In this document: positions 1-9,350 of the stretch, one piece after another
How the letters are laid out: each line of letters starts with the position of its first letter
Position numbering within the stretch: position 1 is the first letter of the stretch
Virus genome (UHGV): UHGV-0126570
Length of the DNA: 59,916 bases
Source: a virus
Reading direction: 5' to 3' (one strand)
Made by a program: the position numbers and the translations under genes
The notes under the pieces: model-generated
Database searches by the model: none
What the model saw: only the letters and a program-made list of their open reading frames with translations
Told to the model about the DNA's origin: nothing

Positions 1-35
1 CATGGAACGGGCACACCAACGGGCAGTGCAGAGCC

Positions 36-61
36 TTCCCCCAAACCAACGTTTTAGTCTT
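36..61. other. Putative invertase crossover site (cix/gix/hix-like imperfect palindrome)
   Basis: TTCCCCCAAACC-AA-CGTTTTAGTCTT lies 55-80 bp upstream of the invertase start; AAACC..GTTT half-sites around a central AA dinucleotide resemble known Hin/Gin/Cin recombination sites. The invertible segment would lie left of the window. Confidence 0.4.
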
Positions 62-115
62 AATCCCTACCTATACCAACTATGTATTTTTAACTAAACA
101 AAGAGGATGTTTTTC

Positions 116-688
116 ATGCAAATTGGCTACATTCGTGTGTCAACAAATGACCAAAACACAGATTTACAAAGAAATGCACTGAACTGCGCAGGATGTGAAC
201 TAATTTTTGAAGATAAAATCAGCGGAACAAAGTCAGCCAGACCAGGATTGAAAAAGCTGCTCAGAACGTTATCAGAAGGAGATACGCTGGTTGTCTGGAA
301 GCTGGACAGGCTTGGCAGAAGTATGAAACACCTGATCACACTTATTGAGGAGCTGCGGGAAAAAGGTGTTAATTTTCGTAGTCTGACAGACAGCATTGAC
401 ACCTCAACACCCATGGGGCGTTTCTTTTTTCACGTCATGGGGGCTTTAGCAGAAATGGAACGTGAATTAATTGTTGAGAGAACCCTGGCTGGACTGGCAG
501 CTGCACGCGAACAGGGACGCATTGGCGGACGTCGCCCGAAGTTGACAAAAGAACAACATGAGCAAATAGCGAGGTTGATCGAAAATGGCTACAGCAGGAA
601 ACAGTTGGCAATTATTTACGATATCGGTGTATCGACGATTTATCGTTATCACCCTGTAGAGAAGCGCCAAACTCAAACTGAGTTGTAA
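116..688 (+). CDS. Serine recombinase, DNA invertase (Hin/Gin/Cin/Pin family)
   Basis: Translation IGYIRVSTNDQNTDLQRNAL...DTLVVWKLDRLGRS...MGRFFFHVMGALAEMERELIVERT...C-terminal HTH; catalytic Ser in the YIRVST motif. ORF track starts at 107; the ATG at 116 has better spacing to AGAGGA at 102-106. Confidence 0.9.
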   Translation: MQIGYIRVSTNDQNTDLQRNALNCAGCELIFEDKISGTKSARPGLKKLLRTLSEGDTLVVWKLDRLGRSMKHLITLIEELREKGVNFRSLTDSIDTSTPMGRFFFHVMGALAEMERELIVERTLAGLAAAREQGRIGGRRPKLTKEQHEQIARLIENGYSRKQLAIIYDIGVSTIYRYHPVEKRQTQTEL

Positions 689-940
689 TACAAATGCCGC
701 GTCGATGTAGTTTATCTCGAGGGAATAGATACACTTATCGCGCGGCGCATCAATTCGATGCATCTTGTGTCGGACCGACCACTAATGAAAACCATCCCTG
801 TAATGTTGATCTTAATTGCATCGTGAGCGCTGCATTGGTGTACAGATGTCGATAGAATTAGTGGGATTCAGAAGGTTTATTCATCTGGCACGCAGCGATT
901 ACAGCAGCACAACTAAATTGCCCTCAAGCCGCTCTAACTG

Positions 941-1100
941 CTATACGACCAAGGCTTCATCTCTGGAAAACATACGCAGAACCTTTTTTAACCCTTGGCG
1001 TTCAGCCTTTTTGCCACTCGCTTTGCCCTCAAAAATTAGCTCACATCCTGCGCTTTCAAGGGGGGCGTTGCAAAGCGGTGTTTTGGTCATTTGTTGAAAT
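941..1100 (-). pseudogene. Fossil of a second Cin-like invertase gene (5' portion only, frameshifted, inverted relative to the intact invertase)
   Basis: Minus-strand translation ...ESAGCELIFEGKASGKKAERQGLKKVLRMFSRDEALVV matches residues ~20-60 of invertases but is preceded by out-of-frame sequence and followed by a stop; a 24-bp stretch (1028-1051) is nearly identical to the inverted complement of 188-212 in the intact gene. Confidence 0.6.
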
Positions 1101-1224
1101 GCGAATGTATCCAATAAGCATATGTCTCCCTTGTATGCTAAGGATACGATTCTAGAAGATGTCCTGTAAGGAAATAACAAACTGACTAAGTTAGTGGCGC
1201 ATTAGATGTTATTTCTGGAGGGGT

Positions 1225-1551
1225 ATGTTTGCAGATTATGAAAATCTGGCTGTAGTAGTCATAACATCCCTACTAAGTGGAACCGGCGTATTCCTTCTCG
1301 GAGTTAGAGACGGGCGCATTTCTGCGTCCCTGCTCAATCTTGCGAGTGAATTGTTTACTGCGGTAACAGCCGGGCTTGCGGGGTATGGGGTGGCGGTTAG
1401 CCAAGAATGGCCTGAAGGTATCATTTTCTGCGTTGTTCTGATTGCCAGTAACAACGGTAGTGAAATTTTACAGGGCTTGAAGTCCAGAGCTAGTAACGTC
1501 TTGAATCTCTTAAGCGTAATAGCGAATGGGGGAAAAGGTGGAGAGAAATAA
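1225..1551 (+). CDS. Holin-like small membrane protein (three predicted TM segments)
   Basis: 108 aa with three hydrophobic stretches (LAVVVITSLLSGTGVFLLGV, LFTAVTAGLAGYGVAV, IIFCVVLIASN) and a polar C-terminus; class I holin-like topology. Function inferred from topology only. Confidence 0.4.
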   Translation: MFADYENLAVVVITSLLSGTGVFLLGVRDGRISASLLNLASELFTAVTAGLAGYGVAVSQEWPEGIIFCVVLIASNNGSEILQGLKSRASNVLNLLSVIANGGKGGEK

Positions 1552-1997
1552 TGGGTAACTTTGGAAATTATTTCATTTTTATCATGGCATTTGTTGCCAT
1601 CATTGACCGTTTCATTTTTCGTCGCAAGAGTGTTGAGATTTTGAGTATTGGTGATGCTGTAGTGAAAGAATCCGCTATAGCATTTCCTGTTTCGCTACGT
1701 GTTAAGCGAAGCTGGGTCAGCAATGCTCAAATCGAATATTGGTTGCAAGACCTGAAAAATCCATCTGTGGTTATTTCAGGGAAAACGCGACCAGTTGACG
1801 CCTCAAAACGCGGTGAGAGAGAAGAGTATTTGCTCATCGATACGAAATATCTTGAGCCAACGAAGTGGGATCTGAAAGTCACATTGACTAACGGTAACTG
1901 CCGACTGAATCCGCTTTATCGCATTTTCCCTATCAATGACTGCATAGAGCGCCAGTTTACGATCGAAAAGCGTGAAGGAGACTGGGATGTCAAATAA
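1551..1997 (+). CDS. Membrane-anchored protein (N-terminal TM), possible holin partner/antiholin
   Basis: 148 aa; N-terminal hydrophobic segment NYFIFIMAFVAIIDRFIF; stop/start overlap with the upstream holin-like gene. Role is a positional guess. Confidence 0.35.
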   Translation: MGNFGNYFIFIMAFVAIIDRFIFRRKSVEILSIGDAVVKESAIAFPVSLRVKRSWVSNAQIEYWLQDLKNPSVVISGKTRPVDASKRGEREEYLLIDTKYLEPTKWDLKVTLTNGNCRLNPLYRIFPINDCIERQFTIEKREGDWDVK

Positions 1998-2607
1998 GAA
2001 TAATTATGTTCTTCTTAATTATGATGAGTTAAACGAAAAGGGGCTGGCAAAACTCGTCAAAGAAATCAGCAAAGGTGGTTACAAGATAGCGAGGGTGATC
2101 CCTGCCAGTAATGGCAGGAAGAAAGATGGGATCATGACGCGCACGTTTACCCTTATTGGTATTGATGAACAGACAATGGAAGTTCAGGTTAACGATACCG
2201 GTGATATATCTGGGATCAAACTGAATGGTAAAACAGTACCGTTCAAGCCAGTAAAAACAATGTCGGCTTTGGGGCAATCTCTTGCGGCTTTATTTAATCG
2301 CGGAGCAACTTCTTTCCAGAAGTCATTAGCTCGAAAACTTGCTCGTGCAGCAAAAAATATTGATGACGGAAATAAGAAGCGGCAGGGAGTTAAATCTAAC
2401 GCTCAGAAATTAGCTGAAGCGAAAGAATCACGTGATGCACTCCGTGAAGATATCGCTAATGCTAACGACAAACTGTCTAAACTCCAGAGCAAGTCAGACA
2501 AAGTAATGCAAGATACGGGTAACGTTAAAGCTGCCTTGTCTCAGGAAGTAGCTAAGACACGTGCTCTTAAAGAAGAAATCGCGCGCCTGGAGGATGAGCA
2601 TGATTAA
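1987..2607 (+). CDS. Hypothetical coiled-coil protein
   Basis: ORF in track from 1972 (GTG); ATG at 1987 preceded by AAGGAG at 1975-1980. C-terminal half is charged and heptad-rich. Confidence 0.5.
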   Translation: MSNKNNYVLLNYDELNEKGLAKLVKEISKGGYKIARVIPASNGRKKDGIMTRTFTLIGIDEQTMEVQVNDTGDISGIKLNGKTVPFKPVKTMSALGQSLAALFNRGATSFQKSLARKLARAAKNIDDGNKKRQGVKSNAQKLAEAKESRDALREDIANANDKLSKLQSKSDKVMQDTGNVKAALSQEVAKTRALKEEIARLEDEHD

Positions 2608-4537
2608 CAATCCTTTACGAATTAATATTCAGTCTACTTTTGCTGATACGATCCCCGGCTATATGCCAAGTCGCTGGTCTTCAGAAGAATTAAACGAAGA
2701 TGACCTGATTTTTGAGGCGGCGACCTTAGAAGATATTGAGCTTGCCTATATGGGCAATGAAATTCTGGTTGTGTCTGACGAAGCTATGTTTGAGTCCATA
2801 ACTACAACCAGAATTCGGTTAGCTCAAACAATGCGAGCTTTCGTCCGTGCGCTGAATCGTGGCCTGAATGGTACGAATATTATGGCAGGGACTGATGAAG
2901 CTGGGACCGATGAAAATGGACGTAATTGTATTGGTGGTGCGATTATCGGTCGTGTACGTCGGATAGCTAATATCCCTGTTTTGACCGCGCAGATACCGCT
3001 TACTGACGGGCAGAGTACAAGCATAATTTTCCACTCTCCAACAGCTGACGGGGCAAAAATAAAGAGTAACGACGAGCTTGTTGCATTTCAGTTTTTACTT
3101 AATAAGCGTAACGTAACTCACGTTGTCGCCCCGATTGGTGGGAGAGATGTTTCTTTAAGCCAGGTATGCCAGGCGCTATCTAATTTGATTGAGCGTAACA
3201 GCGAAAAATTTAAGAAAGCAAAAGAGCGCCAGGACAAAATGAAGGCAGATATTGAGAGTTATCTCAATGAAGCAGATAAACTGGCAGAAGAACGGTCAAT
3301 AATGATTGATCAGGTGGACGTTGCGCAACGTGGGCTGACTGAAAAGCGTGCTGCTCTTACGGAGATGCAAAAAAAACTTGATGCCCAGAAAGCCATCAAC
3401 GAGGAATTACAAGCAAAACGCGATAAATTGTTGTCTGCTAAAGGTGAAAAAACGAAAGAGCGAGCGTTTAGTGACCAGCTGCGACATGTAAAACATAATC
3501 TTGCCATTGACGGAAAAACAGTGCTGGATAATGGCGCTGAAGTTAATTATGTCACGTCCGGCAGTGACAATTTCGTTACGATAGTAGCACCTGAAGGTAA
3601 ATTCAGTATTGATGCCAGTGCTGTCAAAGGAGGCAGTTTGGCAGATGCTGCAACCAAATTACTTAAAGCCTACCGAGAGCATAACGCAGATAAATATAAA
3701 GTTGATGTGTTACCAGGCCAGCAGGAAGACCCCGAACCACCACAGACAGACCCCGAGACGAACCCAGTATCACAACCAGAGAGCCAGGATGTAGGTAAAT
3801 ACCACTATGCACTTCAATCTCGCCCGGCTGGTGTTGGTGCTGTGCCGGATGGAAATAAAGCCGTGCTTGATCGTCCTGACCAGGCTGATCAGTATTACGA
3901 ATATGCTCGTCACGGTATCATTACGTATGACCGTAAACTGACAGATGAAGAAGTCAGCCAGTACGAGTTGCTCTATCTTCCTGATGAAGATGAGCTGAAA
4001 GATTTTGCAGGCCAATTGGTTGTGTCCAGCATGTCGAAACATATTGATGGCTATGTAGACCTGTTTGGCAGTGACCTGAAAACATTCAAGGCGCAAGTGA
4101 AAATTCTTTTCCGCAAAGCGTTTCCAAACGTGGCGTATCCACTTGGTGATGGGGAGAACCTTTTCATTATGGACGTATATAACGCCCTTCAAAATCATTC
4201 AAACGAAGTAACGCCAGAGCCTGAATTAGCACCTGTAATTGAGCCAGAATCACACCCACAAACAGCACCAGAGCAACAGCCAACGCCGGAAGACGCTGAA
4301 GAAGCGGCAACTGAAGCTGATCAGGAAGCAGATAAAGCGTTGGAGTACCTTAAATCCGTCCCGGTGCAGTTTACATCTCGCGATCTGACGGTAATCAGTG
4401 CCGAACTTGACCATGTGCAGGAAGCTGCAAACGCTCTTATCAGTGCTGGTCGATACGACGAGAACGAATCAACGGTTGGCGCAGCAGTTGACTACCTGAT
4501 CAACATTCTGGCTGAAATTCAGCAGGGAGGTGCTTAA
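2600..4537 (+). CDS. Large hypothetical protein (645 aa), candidate virion-internal protein
   Basis: ATG at 2600 with GGAGG 6 nt upstream, overlapping the upstream stop (ATGATTAA). Central coiled-coil, acidic Pro/Glu-rich C-terminal linker. Size and operon context are compatible with a DarA-type head protein of P1-like phages; this is not verifiable by eye. Confidence 0.45.
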   Translation: MINNPLRINIQSTFADTIPGYMPSRWSSEELNEDDLIFEAATLEDIELAYMGNEILVVSDEAMFESITTTRIRLAQTMRAFVRALNRGLNGTNIMAGTDEAGTDENGRNCIGGAIIGRVRRIANIPVLTAQIPLTDGQSTSIIFHSPTADGAKIKSNDELVAFQFLLNKRNVTHVVAPIGGRDVSLSQVCQALSNLIERNSEKFKKAKERQDKMKADIESYLNEADKLAEERSIMIDQVDVAQRGLTEKRAALTEMQKKLDAQKAINEELQAKRDKLLSAKGEKTKERAFSDQLRHVKHNLAIDGKTVLDNGAEVNYVTSGSDNFVTIVAPEGKFSIDASAVKGGSLADAATKLLKAYREHNADKYKVDVLPGQQEDPEPPQTDPETNPVSQPESQDVGKYHYALQSRPAGVGAVPDGNKAVLDRPDQADQYYEYARHGIITYDRKLTDEEVSQYELLYLPDEDELKDFAGQLVVSSMSKHIDGYVDLFGSDLKTFKAQVKILFRKAFPNVAYPLGDGENLFIMDVYNALQNHSNEVTPEPELAPVIEPESHPQTAPEQQPTPEDAEEAATEADQEADKALEYLKSVPVQFTSRDLTVISAELDHVQEAANALISAGRYDENESTVGAAVDYLINILAEIQQGGA

Positions 4538-4911
4538 TGACTATCTCTGTTTTAGACCGTCTGAAATTGGGTAAAGAGCTATCAGATTTAATGCAGGCGC
4601 AGAAAACCGCGCCAGTATTACAACGCGTCGCCATTGGTAAGCAGATTGTTGATCTGATGCTTAAACTGGGGTTGGGTACTGCCGCTCAACCGATGTCGGA
4701 ACCGCAACCACAACCACAGTCTGATCCTGTTGCAGATGAAGTTCCTAAGATAGTGACTGACTTCCTGGGCGGCGTGTTCACAAAGTCCACACAAATGGAA
4801 TTTATTGATGCGCTGCGTGGGATCTCAAACTATGTTGGCGAGTTCCTTACGTTGGAGCAGGCTAAAGAACAGACCATAAGCTGGGTGAAAGCCAACGGTT
4901 ATGCCGGGTAA
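4537..4911 (+). CDS. Hypothetical protein (124 aa)
   Basis: ORF translationally coupled to the upstream gene; followed by a hairpin at 4916-4945. Confidence 0.5.
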   Translation: MTISVLDRLKLGKELSDLMQAQKTAPVLQRVAIGKQIVDLMLKLGLGTAAQPMSEPQPQPQSDPVADEVPKIVTDFLGGVFTKSTQMEFIDALRGISNYVGEFLTLEQAKEQTISWVKANGYAG

Positions 4912-4915
4912 TCAA

Positions 4916-4945
4916 AAGGGGGCGAAATGCCCCTTTCACTTCTCT
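4916..4945 (+). terminator. Putative intrinsic terminator / operon-internal hairpin
   Basis: AAGGGG-gcgaaatg-CCCCTT stem-loop followed by a T-rich tract, directly after the 4909-4911 stop. Confidence 0.35.
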
Positions 4946-5005
4946 GTTCTCACATAAATCACACTCTTTTTACACTCACAGCTTTCTCTATAGTTGGAGT
5001 GTATT

Positions 5006-6391
5006 TTGAACAAATCAGTTACTTCTGCGCTTTCCGAGGCCGCAGATATTAACAGCGTCATTGCTCTGGTTTCTTCATTAGAGAGGAAAGAAACACGCCT
5101 GGGGCGAAGTAGCTACGTAGTCACCAGCAAAGGTGCAGAGGTAAAGACGGCTTTTAAGGTCGTTGATGCCAGCAGTCTGATCATTTCGAACAACCTTGAC
5201 GGTATGATTAACCCGGCCTTCCCGGAAGAACTCCAACCACGAGATCGTACCCGGCTATCCAGCAAACTCCAGGTTAACCGCATTGCCTCCAATTTACGCC
5301 CGGCACAATTAACGGATTCCGGTATGAGCAGCCACGGAGCGCCGATAGTTGGTCCGGACAACGTTGTTGAATCCGGCAACGGAAGGAGTATGGGTATCTG
5401 GCGTGCCTATGAGCAAGGACAGGCGGATGAGTATCGCCAGTACCTGATCGACCATGCGAAAGAGTTTGGTCTGAATCCTGACGAAATTTCGCAAATGTCT
5501 ATGCCCGTACTAGTGCGAGAAAGACTCACAGATGTAGACCGCGCTCAATTTGCCCGCGATTCAAACATTAGCGATCTGCAAGAGATGGCAGCAAGTGAAA
5601 AAGCGTATGCGGATGCGCAATTTCTCACTGAGAGCGTCATGGCGCTATTTAATCCTTCAGATGATGGAAATCTGCTGGCGCGGTCCAATGATGCGTTTAT
5701 TCGTGCGTTTTTGCGCGAAATTGGCGATACAGCGACGGCAGGCTTGCTTACTGCCGATGGGCGTCCCACGAAACAGCTTATCGATCGCATCCAGAATGCA
5801 ATTTTTGCCAAAGCGTACAAGGATGAAAGGCTTGTTCGGCTAGTGTCCGAAGAGCCAGATCCGGAAATGCGTAATATCCTGACCGCATTAAATACGGCAG
5901 CCAGCGATTTTGCGCAAATGCAGTCGCTGTCTGGCGACGCTCACCATGACGCAGTAACAGGCTTAGTGGACGGTATAGAGCAGGTTAATGGCCTGGATAC
6001 ACAGGCGATAGCAGCACTCCAGGAAGCAATTAATCTTGTACGTGAAGCCAAAGACAACGGTCAGGCCGTTGAAGAAGTGATCGCCCAAAGGGGGTTATTC
6101 GGCGACAGTACACCGGAAGCTGAGGCATTGGCGCTATTCATCGTAGCAAATAATCGCAGTGCGAAGCGTATGGGGGCCGCATTCAAAAAAATGGCGCAAA
6201 AAATAAACGACGAGCTGACTCATAAACAACAGGCATTGGGCGATATGTTCGGCGGTGGCGATGTTGATCTGCGTCGTATTTTGTCTGCTGTATCTGATGA
6301 AATTGAGGGTGAATTTGGCGAAGGGAAAGGTCTGAACTTTGCTATGTTTGAAAATTCTACAGTTCTAAATAATTGCAGTATGGAAAACTAA
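5006..6391 (+). CDS. Hypothetical protein (~461 aa)
   Basis: ORF track starts at TTG 4994; in-frame TTG at 5006 has GGAG at 4996-4999. No recognisable motif. Confidence 0.45.
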   Translation: MNKSVTSALSEAADINSVIALVSSLERKETRLGRSSYVVTSKGAEVKTAFKVVDASSLIISNNLDGMINPAFPEELQPRDRTRLSSKLQVNRIASNLRPAQLTDSGMSSHGAPIVGPDNVVESGNGRSMGIWRAYEQGQADEYRQYLIDHAKEFGLNPDEISQMSMPVLVRERLTDVDRAQFARDSNISDLQEMAASEKAYADAQFLTESVMALFNPSDDGNLLARSNDAFIRAFLREIGDTATAGLLTADGRPTKQLIDRIQNAIFAKAYKDERLVRLVSEEPDPEMRNILTALNTAASDFAQMQSLSGDAHHDAVTGLVDGIEQVNGLDTQAIAALQEAINLVREAKDNGQAVEEVIAQRGLFGDSTPEAEALALFIVANNRSAKRMGAAFKKMAQKINDELTHKQQALGDMFGGGDVDLRRILSAVSDEIEGEFGEGKGLNFAMFENSTVLNNCSMEN

Positions 6392-6455
6392 GCCAACCGC
6401 TGAAATCACATACTGATTATGCTGCCGCAAAACTGGAAACAATTTGCGGTGATTC

Positions 6456-8138
6456 ATGGCAACGAAAGACAAAAACAAAGGCTTTCTGTCAGCATTGAAG
6501 AAAGCCTTCAACGGTGGTGATGTTACGCCCGCCGATCCGGTCGTTTTTACGAGCGGGCATAGTGTCGTTGCTCGTTCCGGCCTGTCTGCTTTACGTCCAG
6601 GTATACTGGGGAGCAACAGCGATGGCATGACGAGTGCAGCAGATTCAATTTCTTTATCCGCTGAACTGCCCGGCGAGCGCCTGCAAAAGTACAACATCCT
6701 GGAAACGATGGCTAAAAGCCCGACTATCTCGACGGCTTTAAACATTCACATTGCACATGCGCTTGCGCCTTCAAAAAAAACCGGACAAGCATTCATCCTT
6801 TCGCCAAAGGATGGTTCCGATGCTGAGGCAGTAAGTAGATGTGAAGAGTTAACCGCTGATTTGGGGGCGATGATTAATGACGGACTTCCTTCATGGGCCA
6901 TGATTATGGCTATCTTTGGGGTGTCTTATGTCCGACCTTATGCTGAACAGGGCAGGGGGATAACAGGCATTGAGTCCAGTTATTACACTCTGCCACACTT
7001 CGTCCAGGAGTTTTATCGTGGTAGCCAGCTGGTAGGTTTCAGTGGTGATTACATTCTGGATACGCATAGTTTGCGCAGAGTAATAACCGAACCGTGGAAT
7101 CTGGTTTCCATGAAAAATCCCTATTGGACGCCACAGCATAAAGTTATTCCGGTTAGCTACGGCACAAAAGGGTACTCACTGTTAAGTGATCAGGCTGATA
7201 AGCCGTTAATGGAGACGCAGAATTACGGAACTTCATTCCTGGAATACAGCTATGAACCTTACCTTAATTTATGTGCTTCGCTCGCCGCGCTGAAATCAAC
7301 GCGAAATAATGCAGCCAAAATTGACCGCCTGATTGCTCTTACGACGAACACACTGGACCCGGTTAATGCGGCGAACTATACGCGTGGCGTCAGCCAGGCA
7401 TTGAAGCGTCATAGTGACCTGGTGGCGCAAAGGTCGATTAATGCCAACGCTATTCCGACTGTGCTTAACCATCTGATACCTGTTATGGGAGACGGGAAGA
7501 ACGGCATCACCATTGATACGCAATCCATACCCGCAGATATCAGTGGTATCGAAGACGTTATGTTTCACCTCCGGCAGCTTGCTGCAAGCCTCGGCATTGA
7601 CGCAACAATGCTTGGCTGGGCTGATCAGATGAGCGGAGGGCTTGGAGAAGGCGGCTGGCAGCAAACTGCTATCCAGGCTGCATTGCGTGCGAACTGGATC
7701 AGACAGGCCGCCCAGCGAACTATTTATCGGCTTCTGGACATTCACCTCGCTTATAAATACGGCAAGGTTTACACCGAAACAAACCGCCCTTATGACGTGC
7801 AATTCAACTCAATGAACACTGCTATCCAGGAAGAGGAAAACCGAGAACTGGATGCACGCGCCAACTTTGTTGCTGTCATCTCCCAAATTATGGACCAGAT
7901 CCAGAACAACCCGAAACTGGCTGGTAGCGACGCGTTTATGCGTTATCTGTTCACTGAGCAGTTGCACATCGACGATGACACTCTCAACACCATGATCAAA
8001 GAGTTTAAGGCGAATGAATCAGAGCAAAACAACGAGCATGGTATGTACGAATCCGCGCCGTTGTCGTCCGGTGACGATCCGGAAAACTGGACGCCAGAAC
8101 AGTTAATAAACTTTGCAAAATTTGTGATGAGCAATTAA
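6456..8138 (+). CDS. Hypothetical protein (560 aa), possibly virion structural
   Basis: Long ORF with ATG start; size and adjacency to a ~330-aa gene resemble the portal/protease pair of P1-like phages, but there is no motif evidence. Confidence 0.4.
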   Translation: MATKDKNKGFLSALKKAFNGGDVTPADPVVFTSGHSVVARSGLSALRPGILGSNSDGMTSAADSISLSAELPGERLQKYNILETMAKSPTISTALNIHIAHALAPSKKTGQAFILSPKDGSDAEAVSRCEELTADLGAMINDGLPSWAMIMAIFGVSYVRPYAEQGRGITGIESSYYTLPHFVQEFYRGSQLVGFSGDYILDTHSLRRVITEPWNLVSMKNPYWTPQHKVIPVSYGTKGYSLLSDQADKPLMETQNYGTSFLEYSYEPYLNLCASLAALKSTRNNAAKIDRLIALTTNTLDPVNAANYTRGVSQALKRHSDLVAQRSINANAIPTVLNHLIPVMGDGKNGITIDTQSIPADISGIEDVMFHLRQLAASLGIDATMLGWADQMSGGLGEGGWQQTAIQAALRANWIRQAAQRTIYRLLDIHLAYKYGKVYTETNRPYDVQFNSMNTAIQEEENRELDARANFVAVISQIMDQIQNNPKLAGSDAFMRYLFTEQLHIDDDTLNTMIKEFKANESEQNNEHGMYESAPLSSGDDPENWTPEQLINFAKFVMSN

Positions 8139-8151
8139 CCGGAGGGAAATA

Positions 8152-9150
8152 ATGCAATCACTGAATACTGTTACGGATCGCTTCTCCCTGGTAGAGAAAA
8201 TCCGCAAACACACACCGCAGAACAACCGAAATTACGTCATTCAGTCGGTACGAGACACATTCAACTCGCCAGAAACAAAAGAGCGTATCGCGCTGGGTGA
8301 GATGTATGGTTATTACGGTCATGGTCGCCGGGCGATGCACTATAACAAAACGAAAAGCCTGAACTTGCCGGAAGTCTCTGTTGTGATGGTAGATGGGAAG
8401 CCTGTTGTATTGGAGAACGTGCCATCCAACAGGACTATCGACATTTCGATTGACGACAACGGCATTGTTACCCATACGCAGGAAATACTGGATACAGACA
8501 CCGGGCGTATTGTTCAGGGGATGATAAATTCTGGCGCCGGTGGTTGGTCATGGGCTACATCTGGTCCAGACTCATCGGTATCCCTGGTAAAGTCTTTCCA
8601 CGGCTTTGATTACGTAACTGTGCCTAACTATATCAGCCTCGACAAGAAAAGCCTGATGCTTGAATCAGCAGAAGAGCGCGATGCGGCTATTCATGCAGCA
8701 CTTATCGAACAAGGTTTTACCGATAACGCTGCCACGGATCTGGTTCACCACTTTTCAGCGATGAAAAATCAGCAAGCCATGCTCGAGTCTGCACATCGTG
8801 AAGCCCTGGAATCAGAATTAATGCTCCTTGAAGCGGAAAATATGCAACTTCGCGACAAATTACGAAACCAGGCTGCAATGATGGAAAGCCAGGGCGAAGA
8901 TGCGAAGAAATGCCGCCGTATTTTGCGTGATGCTATCCAGGAAATGCCTGTTTTTATCAGTGCAGAACAACGCCGGGCGCTCTGCCGTATGCAGTCTGAA
9001 GATGATGCTCGCATAGTGGCTGCGATGCTTGAATCTCTGGGGGCAAATGCGACTTATGGCTTACCGATATCAGGCAAGAAAGAGGCGGAGTTATCACCGA
9101 AGGAGAACAAAAATACCACACCGTTACTCTTCGTTTCGCGACGGGCGTAA
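8152..9150 (+). CDS. Hypothetical protein (332 aa) with C-terminal coiled coil
   Basis: ORF immediately after the 560-aa gene; followed by an intrinsic terminator. Confidence 0.45.
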   Translation: MQSLNTVTDRFSLVEKIRKHTPQNNRNYVIQSVRDTFNSPETKERIALGEMYGYYGHGRRAMHYNKTKSLNLPEVSVVMVDGKPVVLENVPSNRTIDISIDDNGIVTHTQEILDTDTGRIVQGMINSGAGGWSWATSGPDSSVSLVKSFHGFDYVTVPNYISLDKKSLMLESAEERDAAIHAALIEQGFTDNAATDLVHHFSAMKNQQAMLESAHREALESELMLLEAENMQLRDKLRNQAAMMESQGEDAKKCRRILRDAIQEMPVFISAEQRRALCRMQSEDDARIVAAMLESLGANATYGLPISGKKEAELSPKENKNTTPLLFVSRRA

Positions 9151-9263
9151 CCGTTACATGAAGTTAAATTTCTAACATAGTGTATTTATATACACTGTTG
9201 ATCCTGTTCGATGTGATCGAGTAGGATCGCGGTCACTGCTCCGGTAGCGACTGCCAAAAAAGC

Positions 9264-9288
9264 AAAAGCCGCTGAGAAGCGGCTTTTG
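9264..9288 (+). terminator. Rho-independent terminator
   Basis: AAGCCGCT-gaga-AGCGGCTT stem followed by TTTT. Confidence 0.6.
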
Positions 9289-9350
9289 GGTGTATAAATC
9301 CTCGGACATAGATTTATACGGTAGATAGATTTTTTTCACGGAACTATCTG

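Noticed and set aside
816-1097. 93-codon plus-strand ORF across the invertase fossil
   Set aside because: It is the reverse-frame shadow of the Cin-like fragment (the same ...SKISSHPA... shadow peptide appears antisense to the intact invertase gene) and is not an independent gene.
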